From Ignavibacteriales bacterium (GTDB lineage: Bacteria > Bacteroidota > Ignavibacteria > UBA10030 > UBA6906), in contig JBBIRR010000003.1 of the NCBI GenBank assembly GCA_037441705.1, forward strand, positions 32,831 to 96,830: DNA of 64,000 nt, given 5' to 3'. Of this stretch, positions 20,298-32,463 are shown in pieces; position 1 is the first letter of the stretch, and every line of letters begins with the position of its first letter. The position numbers and the translations under genes are program-made. Under the pieces are notes generated by a model. It was not told where the DNA came from. It ran no database searches and saw nothing but the letters and a program-made list of their open reading frames with translations.

Positions 20298-21413
20298 ATG
20301 AAATTCACAACAACCACCGGTGAACTTCAGCGCGCACTATCCAAGGTCAGCAGTGTCGTACCCGCGAAGTCGACGATGCCGATTCTCGAGAATATTCTGT
20401 TCGATCTTGTCAACGACACGCTGGTACTGACGGCTACGGACATGGAGATTACGCAAACGATTTCTCTTGCCGTGAAGGGGACTGAAGATGGAAGGATAGC
20501 GATACCGTCAAAGCGACTCATCGACACAGTACGCGCACTTCCGGATACGGAGATTGCGTTTACAATTGATACTACGTCTCAGAAGATAAAGCTCACAACG
20601 AAGAACGGCGAGTACAGCATCACTGGAGAGGATGCGAAGGATTTTCCGCCTGTCCCCATCATGACAAACAAAGATGAACTCGTCATTGATGGTGCCGTTC
20701 TGCGGAAGATCATCAATCGGACTGTGTTTGCCGTAAGTACCGATGAGTTGCGGCCTGCGATGATGGGTGTTTTGCTGCAACTCAAACCGAATGAATTACG
20801 GGCCGTCTCAACTGACGGGCATCGTCTTGTTCGTTTTTCGTACAAGCTGCCAAAGGATGGAGGAATAAAGGGCGATTTCATTGTACCCGCAAAAGCACTG
20901 AACGTTGTGAGCAGAACGCTTGAAGGTGGCACAGTAAAACTCGGCATCAGTCAGACGCATGTTCGTTTTGACTTCGATTCCAGCATTCTTGTTTCACGGT
21001 TGATCGCCGAAACGTATCCGAACTACGAAAGTGTCATTCCTACAGAGAATGACAAGCTCTTGACGGCTAATCGTGAGGAGATGATGTCTGCAATCCGTCG
21101 CGTTGCGCTGTATGCAAGCGCAACAACGCATCAGATCAAACTCTCGCTCCGAAAGAATCAGCTCACCGTAAGTGCTCAGGATATCGACTTCGGCGGTGAA
21201 GCGAAAGAAAAATTAGAGTGTGAATACGATGCAGATGATCTCGATATCGGATTCAATTCCGTCTACCTGGTTGACATTCTCTCCCATCTCGAGAGCGAAG
21301 CGGTCGCGTTCAAATTCAGTTCGCCTACCCGTGCCGGGGTCGTCACGCCCGCAGGCGAACACGTGGATGAGGATGTTCTGATGCTTGTGATGCCCGTACG
21401 CTTGAATGTCTGA
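20298..21413 (+). CDS. dnaN: DNA polymerase III subunit beta (sliding clamp) DnaN
   Basis: MKFTTTTGELQRALSKVSSVVPAKSTMPILENILF is typical of DnaN. An AAGGAG RBS precedes the internal ATG. The track ORF starts 48 nt upstream. Confidence 0.9.
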   Translation: MKFTTTTGELQRALSKVSSVVPAKSTMPILENILFDLVNDTLVLTATDMEITQTISLAVKGTEDGRIAIPSKRLIDTVRALPDTEIAFTIDTTSQKIKLTTKNGEYSITGEDAKDFPPVPIMTNKDELVIDGAVLRKIINRTVFAVSTDELRPAMMGVLLQLKPNELRAVSTDGHRLVRFSYKLPKDGGIKGDFIVPAKALNVVSRTLEGGTVKLGISQTHVRFDFDSSILVSRLIAETYPNYESVIPTENDKLLTANREEMMSAIRRVALYASATTHQIKLSLRKNQLTVSAQDIDFGGEAKEKLECEYDADDLDIGFNSVYLVDILSHLESEAVAFKFSSPTRAGVVTPAGEHVDEDVLMLVMPVRLNV

Positions 21414-21427
21414 TAATCAAGGAGTGA

Positions 21428-22576
21428 ATGAGAGTCACGCACTTGCGGCTGAAACATTTCAGGAACCACACCGACACATCGCTGACGTTTGGAGAGGGCA
21501 TCAATGCGTTCCTGGGAGATAACGGACAGGGGAAGACCAACGTGCTGGAGGCGCTTTCGTACCTCAGCCTCACGAAGAGTTTTTATGCCTCCGGCGACGG
21601 GACGGTTCTGCAGATCGGACGCGAGACGTTTGAGGTAGAGGGAACGATTGTGTCGGACAACGGGGTGGGGCATCAAGTACGAGTCACGTACAATCGTGGC
21701 GGTGAAAAGACGTTTACGATCAACAGCATCAAACCTGAGACACACGCCTCTGTTATCGGTCGCTTCCCGATCGTTATTCTCTCGCCGGAGAACAATGCAA
21801 TAACCTTCGGTGGGCCAGCCGAGCGCCGGAAGTTTCTCGATCTGCTGCTCTCGCAAATCAGTCGCACCTACCTCGAGGATCTGCTGGAGTACCGTCGAGC
21901 GCTCAAGCAGCGCAACAAGCTCCTGGCCGACGCACGAAACTCTCAGACATTCATTCCGGAACTTCTCGAACCGTGGACGGCTGCCCTTGTGGACCACGGC
22001 GCACGGATCATTCGTCAACGGCGCGTTTTCGTGGAAGAATTCCGCAGCGAGGTCCAGAAGGCATATCGAGAGCTTGTTGGAGAGGCGACGGGCAGCCGGG
22101 TCAGCGAGTCTCCCGACATGCGCTATTCATCCCTCCCGGGGATCGAGCAGACCGCTACGCTTGAGGAAATCAAGCGCCTGATGGCCGATGAGCTGCAGGA
22201 GCGGGTTGGCGAAGAGCGACGCAGAGGAACCACACTCGTCGGTCCGCATCGCGATGATCTGTACCTAACAATCAATGGCATCAGCATGCAGCAATTTGCA
22301 TCGCAGGGACAGCACAAGACGATGCTGATTGCTCTGAAGATTGCGGAGTTTCATTATCTCAAAGAGCGCCGTGGAGAAGTTCCGGTGGTGCTTCTTGATG
22401 ACGTGTTCAGCGAATTGGATGAACATCGCTCTCGCTTGCTGCTAACGGCCGCGTCGAGACTCGGGCAAACGTTTATCACCACGACGGACGAAGCCGTTTT
22501 CCGCGACGTCATTCGCTGGGACGGTACGCATCGAAAGTTTTATGTCGAAGCAGGAAACGTTACGAGCGTGCATTGA
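21428..22576 (+). CDS. recF: DNA replication and repair protein RecF
   Basis: MRVTHLRLKHFRNH...FLGDNGQGKTNVLEA Walker A, plus an ABC-type signature and Walker B (VVLLDDVFSELD). Confidence 0.9.
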   Translation: MRVTHLRLKHFRNHTDTSLTFGEGINAFLGDNGQGKTNVLEALSYLSLTKSFYASGDGTVLQIGRETFEVEGTIVSDNGVGHQVRVTYNRGGEKTFTINSIKPETHASVIGRFPIVILSPENNAITFGGPAERRKFLDLLLSQISRTYLEDLLEYRRALKQRNKLLADARNSQTFIPELLEPWTAALVDHGARIIRQRRVFVEEFRSEVQKAYRELVGEATGSRVSESPDMRYSSLPGIEQTATLEEIKRLMADELQERVGEERRRGTTLVGPHRDDLYLTINGISMQQFASQGQHKTMLIALKIAEFHYLKERRGEVPVVLLDDVFSELDEHRSRLLLTAASRLGQTFITTTDEAVFRDVIRWDGTHRKFYVEAGNVTSVH

Positions 22577-22920
22577 TGCAGAGGATAGGGCTCATGGCGG
22601 AGAACAAACGCAGACGACGTGTGCAGGAAGGAACGAAGAAGCAACCTGAAGCGTTCGGCAGCGCATGGGAAACGCTGGTGCATCAGTTGGGTATCACGAA
22701 GAAGATGAAGCAGGCGTTGGTGCTCAGCTCGTGGGCCGAGATCGTGGGCGAACAGATCGCGCGCGTGACGGAAGCAGAGCGCATCGAGAACGGAATTTTG
22801 TTCGTGAAAACCCTGAACGCCCCCTGGCGCAACGAGCTGACAATGCGCCGGCTGCAGATCATAGAAAAATTGAATGCAGCAGCCGGAAGCAAGGTCGTGA
22901 AAGAAATCCGATTTCGATAG
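22576..22920 (+). CDS. DUF721-domain protein, DciA-like (putative replicative-helicase operator), in the recF-gyrB slot
   Basis: ~114 aa basic protein. The segment WETLVHQLGITKKMKQALVLSSWAEIVGEQIARVTEAERIENGILFVKT resembles DUF721. Its position between recF and gyrB matches Rv0004/DciA in other phyla. TGATG overlap with the recF stop. Confidence 0.6.
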   Translation: MQRIGLMAENKRRRRVQEGTKKQPEAFGSAWETLVHQLGITKKMKQALVLSSWAEIVGEQIARVTEAERIENGILFVKTLNAPWRNELTMRRLQIIEKLNAAAGSKVVKEIRFR

Positions 22921-22937
22921 GATGCATGAGTTTTTGA

Positions 22938-24991
<2,054 letters not shown>

Positions 24992-24992
<1 letters not shown>

Positions 24993-25213
24993 TGATCAAG
25001 AACGCTCGTATCCTTGAGCAGCTCGACGCGGAGTACGATCGAGAACATCTCCGGACGCTGGAGCAGAAGTATGCAATTCTCGATGCACTCTATCTTCTTG
25101 CGAAAGATGCGGGCCACTTCGATCCCAACGATACCTCGATCGACGAGCTGGACATTGAGCTTGCAAGAGTCTTGAATGCCGACCTTTCAAAAGCTGCTGG
25201 CAAGAATTGCTGA
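24992..25213 (+). CDS. Hypothetical small protein (73 aa), translationally coupled to gyrB
   Basis: Its ATG overlaps the gyrB stop (TGATG). Helical and acidic, with no recognisable domain. It may be the partner of the adjacent nucleotidyltransferase remnant. Confidence 0.35.
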
Positions 25214-25319
25214 GGCGTTCGATCAGCATCGTATTCCGTATATGATTATTGGAGGCGTCGCGGCAATCCGGTACGGTCGGCCACGCTTGACGGATGATAT
25301 CGATATCACCTTAGTTTGA
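25176..25319 (+). pseudogene. Truncated minimal nucleotidyltransferase (MNT/Pol-beta-like) gene fragment, 47 codons
   Basis: The frame-0 ORF MPTFQKLLARIAEAFDQHRIPYMIIGGVAAIRYGRPRLTDDIDITLV* carries the GG-x-A...G-x-R-x-T-x-D-I-D-I signature of small nucleotidyltransferases. It stops after ~47 aa, ~30 nt before the gyrA RBS, whereas family members are ~100-170 aa. It overlaps the preceding small ORF. Confidence 0.4.
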
Positions 25320-25350
25320 GGCTCTCGAAGGCACACGAAGGAAAACATAA

Positions 25351-28146
25351 ATGGCAACACTGAACGAACGGATCATCCCCGTTGATATTGAAGATGAGAT
25401 GAAGGGATCGTACATCGACTACTCGATGTCGGTCATTGTGGCGCGTGCGCTGCCCGACGTGCGCGACGGCTTGAAGCCGGTTCATCGCCGCGTGTTGTTC
25501 GGCATGCACGAGCTGGGTCTCGCGTCCAACCGCCCCTACAAGAAGTCTGCCCGCATCGTGGGCGAGGTGCTCGGCAAATATCACCCCCACGGCGACGCGG
25601 CGGTGTACGATACGATGGTGCGCATGGCGCAGGATTTCTCGATGCGCTACCCGCTGGTGGACGGACAGGGGAACTTCGGTTCGATTGACGGCGACTCACC
25701 TGCGGCGATGCGGTACACCGAGGCGCGTCTGTCGCGCATTGCCGAGGAGATGCTGCGCGATCTGGAGAAGAACACCGTTGACTTCCTTCCCAACTTCGAC
25801 GACACGCTGAAAGAACCCACGGTCCTGCCGGCCCTCGTGCCGAATCTGCTCGTCAACGGCACCAGCGGCATTGCCGTCGGCATGTCCACCAACATCCCGC
25901 CGCACAATCTCTCCGAAGTGGTTGATGCCTGCATTGCCTACATCAAGGACGAGAAGATCACGAGCGAGAAGTTGATGAAGTACATCAAGGCGCCTGACTT
26001 CCCGACCGGCGGCATCATCTACGGCTACGAGGGCGTCAAGGAAGCGTACCTGACGGGCAGAGGCAAGATCATCGTCCGGGCAAAGGCAACGATCGAAACG
26101 GACAAGAAGGATCGCCAAAACATCATCATCACCGAAATACCCTATCAGGTCAACAAGCTCAGCCTCATCGAGCGCATCGCCGAGTTGGTGAACGAGAAGA
26201 AGATCGACGACATTGCAAACGTCAACGACGAATCGGACCGGGATGGGTTCCGCATCGTCGTCTCGCTGAAGAAGGATGCGAACGCCCAGGTCGTGCTGAA
26301 CAGTCTGTACAAACACACGCAGATGCAGACCACCTTCGGCGTCATCATGCTCGCGTTGGTGGACGGCAGGCCGCAGATTCTGACGCTGCGCGATCTGATC
26401 GAGAAGTTCATTCAGCATCGCAACGAAGTGGTTGTGCGGCGCGCGAAGTACGAGCTGGACGAAGCCGAGAAACGTGCGCACATCCTCGAGGGCTTCATCA
26501 TCGCGCTCGACAATATCGACGCCGTTATCAAGCTGATCAAAGGGTCGAAGGATTACGATACCGCGAAGAACGGCTTGATGAAGAAGTTCAAGCTCTCGGA
26601 GATACAGGCAAAGGCCATCCTCGACATGCGCTTGCAGCGGTTGACGGGCCTGGAGCGAAAGAAGATCGAAGAAGAGTATCGCGAGACGATCAAACTCATC
26701 GAGCAGTTGAAAGCGCTCCTGGCGAGCAAGAAACTGCAGATGCAGCTCATCGAGAAGGAGCTGCTGCAGGTGAAGGAGAAGTACGGGGACGAGCGCCGCA
26801 CGGAGATCGTCTACAAAGCCGAAGAGTTCAGCATTGAAGATACGATCGCAGAGGAAGAAGTCGTCATCACCATTTCGCACGGCGGGTACATCAAGCGCTT
26901 TCCGGTGAGCGGCTATCGGCGGCAGTCGCGTGGAACGCGCGGAGCGACCGGCGCTGCAACGCGGGAAGACGACTTCATCGAAGCGGTGTTCATCGCCTCC
27001 ACTCACGAACACATCATGCTCTTCACCGATCAGGGACGCTGCTACTGGCTGAAGGTGCATGAAATTCCCGAAGGCGGCCGGGCAACGCGCGGAAAATCCA
27101 TTGCCAACCTGATCTCGAAAGGTCCGCACGAAACGATCGTTGCCTACGTTGCGGTGAAGAGCTTCGTCGAAAATCTGAACGTGGTGATGGTAACGGAACA
27201 GGGCGTGATCAAGAAGACCGCGCTTGCCGAGTTCAGCAATCCCCGCAAGACCGGCATCGGCGCGATTGGCCTGGACAAGGGCGACAGGCTCGTGGATGTC
27301 CACCTGACCGATGGAAAGAACGACGTGGTGATCGGCACAGCTGAAGGCGTCGCGATTCGTTTCCACGAATCGGACGTGCGCGTGATGGGGAGGGCAGCCG
27401 GTGGTGTCCGTGCCATCAAGCTCGAGAAAGGTGACAAGGTGATCGGTGCAGTCGTTCTCCGCAGAGCAGGAACGTCGATCCTCGTCGCAACCGAGAACGG
27501 CTACGGCAAGCGCAGCGCTACCGACGACTATCGCGTGCAGTCGCGCGGCGGCAAAGGCATCATCACGATGAAGACCAACGAGAAGACGGGACGCATGGTC
27601 GCGATCAAAGAAGTGGCCGAGACGGACGACGTGGTCATCGTGACAGCCAACGGCATCATCCTGCGGCAGCATGCTTCAGAGATTCGACTCGCGGGGCGCA
27701 ACACGCAGGGTGTACGTCTCATCAAACTCGTCGAAGGCGACAAAGTTTCGGACGTTGCTGCCGTCCCCGCTGAAGAGGAAGAGCCGACCAACGGTGCAGC
27801 AACCATGCAAACTGCCGGCGGCGAAAAGACAAAAGCCGACGGCGACCAGCAATCACTCTTTGAAGGAGAGGATTCAGAAAAAAAAACTCTGAAGGGGGGA
27901 CAGGAGAAGAAGAGTGAGCCGTCGGGGACGAAGACCGAAACAACGACATCCCCAGTCAAGCAAACGCCAACGAAGCCGGAAAGAAAGAAGGTGCAACCGA
28001 AAGCTTCACCCGCTGTGAAGAAGACATCAGGCGGAACGAAAAAGATTCAGAAACAGCAGAAGCAAACCGGCAAGCCCGCGAGGAAACCTCAATCGAAGAA
28101 GCTCTCGAAAAAACCCGCGCCGAAAGCAGGGGGCAAGAAGAAATAG
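25351..28146 (+). CDS. gyrA: DNA gyrase subunit A with an unusual lysine-rich C-terminal tail
   Basis: Catalytic-Tyr region and a QRDR-like region ([18 protein letters not shown]), a GyrA-box-bearing beta-pinwheel CTD, then a ~125-aa low-complexity K/P/T/E tail ([42 protein letters not shown]). Confidence 0.95.
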   Translation: MATLNERIIPVDIEDEMKGSYIDYSMSVIVARALPDVRDGLKPVHRRVLFGMHELGLASNRPYKKSARIVGEVLGKYHPHGDAAVYDTMVRMAQDFSMRYPLVDGQGNFGSIDGDSPAAMRYTEARLSRIAEEMLRDLEKNTVDFLPNFDDTLKEPTVLPALVPNLLVNGTSGIAVGMSTNIPPHNLSEVVDACIAYIKDEKITSEKLMKYIKAPDFPTGGIIYGYEGVKEAYLTGRGKIIVRAKATIETDKKDRQNIIITEIPYQVNKLSLIERIAELVNEKKIDDIANVNDESDRDGFRIVVSLKKDANAQVVLNSLYKHTQMQTTFGVIMLALVDGRPQILTLRDLIEKFIQHRNEVVVRRAKYELDEAEKRAHILEGFIIALDNIDAVIKLIKGSKDYDTAKNGLMKKFKLSEIQAKAILDMRLQRLTGLERKKIEEEYRETIKLIEQLKALLASKKLQMQLIEKELLQVKEKYGDERRTEIVYKAEEFSIEDTIAEEEVVITISHGGYIKRFPVSGYRRQSRGTRGATGAATREDDFIEAVFIASTHEHIMLFTDQGRCYWLKVHEIPEGGRATRGKSIANLISKGPHETIVAYVAVKSFVENLNVVMVTEQGVIKKTALAEFSNPRKTGIGAIGLDKGDRLVDVHLTDGKNDVVIGTAEGVAIRFHESDVRVMGRAAGGVRAIKLEKGDKVIGAVVLRRAGTSILVATENGYGKRSATDDYRVQSRGGKGIITMKTNEKTGRMVAIKEVAETDDVVIVTANGIILRQHASEIRLAGRNTQGVRLIKLVEGDKVSDVAAVPAEEEEPTNGAATMQTAGGEKTKADGDQQSLFEGEDSEKKTLKGGQEKKSEPSGTKTETTTSPVKQTPTKPERKKVQPKASPAVKKTSGGTKKIQKQQKQTGKPARKPQSKKLSKKPAPKAGGKKK

Positions 28147-28218
28147 CTCGAACACCCCCGGCTGTTCACCGCATGGTGGACGGTGTTTGAGTTTGGATAA
28201 CATCTGAGATACTCTGCC

Positions 28219-30375
28219 ATGAGAACAATTCTCCTTCTCGTCGGAATCGCTCTTGCGGTCGCAACGCCGTGCGCGTCGCAGACTCTTCATTCTCCCAACC
28301 AAAAGCTCACGCTCACGTTTTCGCTTTCCTCCGAGGGCGAGCCGATGTACAGGCTTGACTTCGGCAGAACGCCGGTGATTCTTCCCAGCAAGCTCGGCCT
28401 GGAGGTGAAGGATGCGCCTGCATTCATGAAGGGCTTTGCGATCGCGGCAATCGAAACGACACGCGTCGACGAGACATGGGAGCCTGTGTGGGGCGAAGTG
28501 AAACGCGTTCGCAATCAATACCGCGAGTTGAAGCTCACGCTGCGGCAGAGAGCGTCGAACGACCGGACGCTCGGGATCGTGTTTCGATTGTTCGATGAGG
28601 GACTGGCGTTCCGCTATGAGTTTGCACAGCAGAAGAACCTGAACCACTTCGTGGTCACCGACGAACGGACGGAGTTTCAGGTAACCGGCGACCACAAAAC
28701 GTTCTGGATTCCCGGCGACTTCGATACGAACGAGTATGCATACCATGAAACGCCGTTGAGTAAGGTGGATGCGGAGATCGGCAGACGTGTCGGGGAAATC
28801 TTCACGCGCTCGCCGATCAGCACCAACTATGTGCAAACGCCCGTGCTGATGAAGACCGCGGAGCATCTCTACATTGTTCTCTTCGAAGCTGCGCTCGTCA
28901 ATTATCCAGCAATGTGTTTGCGCATCGATCGGGCTGCCGGCGGCGCGTTCACACTCACCGCTGCTCTCGCCCCCGATGCCGTTGGCAACAAGGCTTATCT
29001 GCAAACTCCCTGCACGACGCCCTGGCGTACCGTTCTGGTAAGCGACACCGCGGCAGATATTCTTGCATCGAAGATGATTCTCAATCTCAACGAGCCGTGC
29101 AGGCTGACCGACACGCGTTGGATCAAGCCAATGAAGTATGTGGGCATCTGGTGGGAGATGCATGTCGGCAAATCCTCGTGGAACTATGCCGACGTGGACA
29201 ACGTCCATCTCGGCACAACAGATTGGAAAGGACTGAAGCCGAACGGCCGCCACGGAGCAACAACGGCGCGCACCAAGTACTACATTGATTTCGCCGCGAA
29301 GCACGGCTTCGACGCGGTGCTCGTCGAAGGCTGGAACGTCGGGTGGGAGGATTGGTTCGGGAAGTGGAAGGAGGAGGTGTTCGATTTCGTGACGCCGTAT
29401 CCGGATTTCGATGTGGCCGAATTGCAGAAGTATGCCGAGGCGCGCGGCGTGAAGCTCATCATGCATCATGAAACGTCCGCGTCGGTCACGAACTACGAGC
29501 GCCGGATGGACGAGGCGTTCCGATTCATGAAACAGTATGGCTATGATGCGGTGAAGACGGGCTACGTCGGCAAAATCATTCCGCGGGGCGAGTACCACGA
29601 CGGGCAGTGGATGACCAACCACTACGTTCGCGTCGTGGAGAAGGCGGCGAAGTACAACATCATGGTAAATGCCCATGAGCCGGTGCGGCCGACGGGACTG
29701 CACCGCACGTATCCGAACTGGCTCGCGTGCGAAGCGGCACGGGGGAATGAGTTCAACGCGTGGAGTCAGGGAAATCCGCCGGCACACGAGACGATTCTTC
29801 CGTTCACCCGCTTGCTGGGCGGGCCGATGGATTACACGCCCGGCATCTTCGAGATCAAAATGAGTTTCTACGATCCGAAGAAGACGGAACAGGTGCACAC
29901 GACGCTTGCCAAGCAGCTTGCACTCTATGTGACGATGTACAGTCCGCTGCAGATGGCGGCGGACCTGCCCGAGAACTACGAGCGCAGGCTCGATGCGTTC
30001 CAGTTTATCAAGGACGTTGCCGTGGATTGGGACGATACGAGAATCCTCGAAGCCGAGCCGGGCGACTACATCACCATCGCACGCAAGGCGAAAAACAGAG
30101 ATGCCTGGTTCATCGGTGCTATCACCGACGAGAATTCCCGAACAGCGACTGCGCCGTTGACGTTTCTCGATGATCATCGTCCGTACGTTGCCACCATCTA
30201 TGCCGACGCTCCCGACGCGCACTGGGAGCGCAACCCGATGGCGTACACCGTGAAGCGATGGCGCGTTGAGAAAACGACCGTGCTGAAGCTGAATCTTGCG
30301 CCGGGAGGCGGCGCGGCGGTCAGCATCGTTCCTGCGCGCAACGACGAGTTACAGACGCTGCAACCCTACCGTTGA
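28219..30375 (+). CDS. Secreted glycoside hydrolase family 97 (SusB-like alpha-glucosidase/alpha-galactosidase family)
   Basis: Signal peptide, then SPNQKLTLTF...LGLEVKD...DETWEPVWGEVKRVRNQYRELKLTL...GIVFRLFDEGLAFRYEF. This matches the GH97 N-domain pattern. 718 aa is typical for the family. Confidence 0.75.
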   Translation: MRTILLLVGIALAVATPCASQTLHSPNQKLTLTFSLSSEGEPMYRLDFGRTPVILPSKLGLEVKDAPAFMKGFAIAAIETTRVDETWEPVWGEVKRVRNQYRELKLTLRQRASNDRTLGIVFRLFDEGLAFRYEFAQQKNLNHFVVTDERTEFQVTGDHKTFWIPGDFDTNEYAYHETPLSKVDAEIGRRVGEIFTRSPISTNYVQTPVLMKTAEHLYIVLFEAALVNYPAMCLRIDRAAGGAFTLTAALAPDAVGNKAYLQTPCTTPWRTVLVSDTAADILASKMILNLNEPCRLTDTRWIKPMKYVGIWWEMHVGKSSWNYADVDNVHLGTTDWKGLKPNGRHGATTARTKYYIDFAAKHGFDAVLVEGWNVGWEDWFGKWKEEVFDFVTPYPDFDVAELQKYAEARGVKLIMHHETSASVTNYERRMDEAFRFMKQYGYDAVKTGYVGKIIPRGEYHDGQWMTNHYVRVVEKAAKYNIMVNAHEPVRPTGLHRTYPNWLACEAARGNEFNAWSQGNPPAHETILPFTRLLGGPMDYTPGIFEIKMSFYDPKKTEQVHTTLAKQLALYVTMYSPLQMAADLPENYERRLDAFQFIKDVAVDWDDTRILEAEPGDYITIARKAKNRDAWFIGAITDENSRTATAPLTFLDDHRPYVATIYADAPDAHWERNPMAYTVKRWRVEKTTVLKLNLAPGGGAAVSIVPARNDELQTLQPYR

Positions 30376-30387
30376 CCGTTCTGTGCG

Positions 30388-31542
30388 ATGACGCCTCCTC
30401 GCAGGATACTCTTCATCACGGAAGGGGGATTGGGCGATCAAGTCGCGTTGACGGCGGCTCTCCGCGTGGCAAAGGAGTCGTTCCCGCATTCGTTTGTCGC
30501 AGTCTTTGCCACGTATCGCCATCCCACCGACACGGGGAAAGAGAGACCGTTCGAGAATCTTTCTCCTTCTCCCACCGAACGCGCCAACACGGTCTTTTCA
30601 ACCGATCCGAACGTGGATGAACTGTACATCCTCAACCGTTACGCGTTCAAGTCGCTTTCTCTCCGTTCGCGTCTTGCGGCGGAATGGTCGGTGGTACGGT
30701 TTCTCCGCGAGAAACACTTCGACACGGTCATCTCCACCTTTCCTCATCGTGAGCGATTCATTCTGTGGGGCCTGCTGGCAGGCGCGCGCACGCGCGTGGG
30801 CGCGCGGAATCAAGGCATGCATTGGCTCCTCACGCACGCGCCCGACATCGAAAAGGCGCAGCGTGGTGTGGTCGAGTATTATTGCGATTTGGTGCGGGCG
30901 ATAGGCGGGCAGGTTCGTTCGCCGCGGACAGCGTACACCGTGCCGGACGATGCGCTGCACTGGGCTGATCGCGAACTTCGACACATCGGCGTGCGGACTG
31001 GAGCCTCGTTCGTCGCAGTCCATCCGGGGGCAAGCGGATTGTACAAAGCGTGGCCTCCCGAGCGCTACGCCGCGCTGATCGAGGCACTGCGCCGGCGGTG
31101 GCGTGTTGCCGTTGTGATGGTAGCGGGTGAACACGACCGGCAGATCGCCGATGCTCTTCAATTCCACTTAGAGGAGCCGATACCAGAAATTGATTGCACC
31201 GGTTCGGTGGCGAAGCTCGCCGCTGTGCTGCGCCGGAGTGTGTTGTGCATCTCGAATGATTCCGGTCCGCGGCATCTTGCTGTTGCTGTCGGCACGCCGT
31301 CGCTTGCATTTTTCCGACATCATCACGATAAGGAGTGGGATGTGTACGGGGAGGTGCCGTTCTGCTGGACGCTCAAGAGCAGTGAACCGTGTCCTGCTTG
31401 CCCCCCGGAGAAATGCTACGATCGCATTCCGGAGGGCGAGCAGTTCGGTGCCTGCTGTGTGCGAATGATCGGCGTGGAGCAGGCCGTCGAGCGAGCAGAC
31501 GCGCTCATGAGCGCGGTGCTGGAACACACAACGAGCGGCTGA
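30388..31542 (+). CDS. Glycosyltransferase family 9 (LPS heptosyltransferase-like)
   Basis: RILFITEGGLGDQVALTAAL N-terminus, and ...KAWPPERYAALIEAL...ISNDSGPRHLAVAVGTPSLAFF C-terminal GT9 signature. Confidence 0.75.
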   Translation: MTPPRRILFITEGGLGDQVALTAALRVAKESFPHSFVAVFATYRHPTDTGKERPFENLSPSPTERANTVFSTDPNVDELYILNRYAFKSLSLRSRLAAEWSVVRFLREKHFDTVISTFPHRERFILWGLLAGARTRVGARNQGMHWLLTHAPDIEKAQRGVVEYYCDLVRAIGGQVRSPRTAYTVPDDALHWADRELRHIGVRTGASFVAVHPGASGLYKAWPPERYAALIEALRRRWRVAVVMVAGEHDRQIADALQFHLEEPIPEIDCTGSVAKLAAVLRRSVLCISNDSGPRHLAVAVGTPSLAFFRHHHDKEWDVYGEVPFCWTLKSSEPCPACPPEKCYDRIPEGEQFGACCVRMIGVEQAVERADALMSAVLEHTTSG

Positions 31543-31553
31543 TGCGCGCGAGC

Positions 31554-32447
31554 TTATTTGGTATCGAGAATCACCGGTAAGCCGTCCTTACCCGCCCCCA
31601 CGATGATCACTTTGGTGTTGGGGGAGTTGGCAAGCTTCTCCGTTGCTTCGATGCCCTTCCAGCGCAGCAAACGTTCATCGATGCCGGTGGCGACGATCTT
31701 CTGGAAGTCGGCGATGCCCTGAGCTTCGATGCGTTTGCGGTCGGCTTCCTTGCGTTCCTTCTCCAGAATGAATTCCATCCGCTGGCTTTCCTGATCCGCT
31801 CGCTGTTTCTGTTCGATCGCGTCGGTCAACTGTTGCGGCAAGGCGACGTTCCGCAGCGGCGTGGATTCGATGATGATGCCGCGCGGCGCCACCGTCAACG
31901 CCAGCTCTTCTTGAATCTTTGTGCCCAACCGTTCGCGTTCGGCGGAATACAGCGCGCTCGCCTGGAAGCTTGCCGTTACGGAACGGCACACGGAGCGGAA
32001 TTGCGGTATGAGGACGATCTCCTCATAGTTGCCGCCGCTGATTTTCTTGTACACGCTCGCTGCCGAGTCGGCTTCGAGGCGATACAGCACGCTGATCTCA
32101 AGCCCGATCGTCAACCCCTCGCGCGAAAGAACCTGCATGGTTTCCTTGTGCTCTTTCGTCTGGACGGAGAATTTGATCACGCGAGCCAGCGGGTTGACGA
32201 GATTGACGCCGGACTTCAGCGTGTTCTCGGAAACAACGCCGAAGAAGTCGATGACGCCGACATGCCCTGCGGGGATAACCGTGAATGCTTGCGCGAAGGA
32301 CGCTAAAGCGAAGAAGATCGTGATGGCGCCCGTAATGCCGGCGGTGCGTTGGTACATCAGGTTACGCTCTCGCACGACTTTCCGCCGCGCCGAGAGCCAG
32401 GCGAAGAACGCGCCAACAGCAATCAGAAATGTCAATACGAACAACAT
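31554..32447 (-). CDS. SPFH/band-7 (prohibitin/HflC-like) membrane protein
   Basis: N-terminal TM, an SPFH domain (VIPAGHVGVIDFFGVV...) and a coiled-coil C-region (QRADQESQRMEFILEKERKEADRKRIEAQ). Confidence 0.8.
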   Translation of the reverse strand: MLFVLTFLIAVGAFFAWLSARRKVVRERNLMYQRTAGITGAITIFFALASFAQAFTVIPAGHVGVIDFFGVVSENTLKSGVNLVNPLARVIKFSVQTKEHKETMQVLSREGLTIGLEISVLYRLEADSAASVYKKISGGNYEEIVLIPQFRSVCRSVTASFQASALYSAERERLGTKIQEELALTVAPRGIIIESTPLRNVALPQQLTDAIEQKQRADQESQRMEFILEKERKEADRKRIEAQGIADFQKIVATGIDERLLRWKGIEATEKLANSPNTKVIIVGAGKDGLPVILDTK

Positions 32448-32463
32448 GGGGAGTCTCCTTTCA

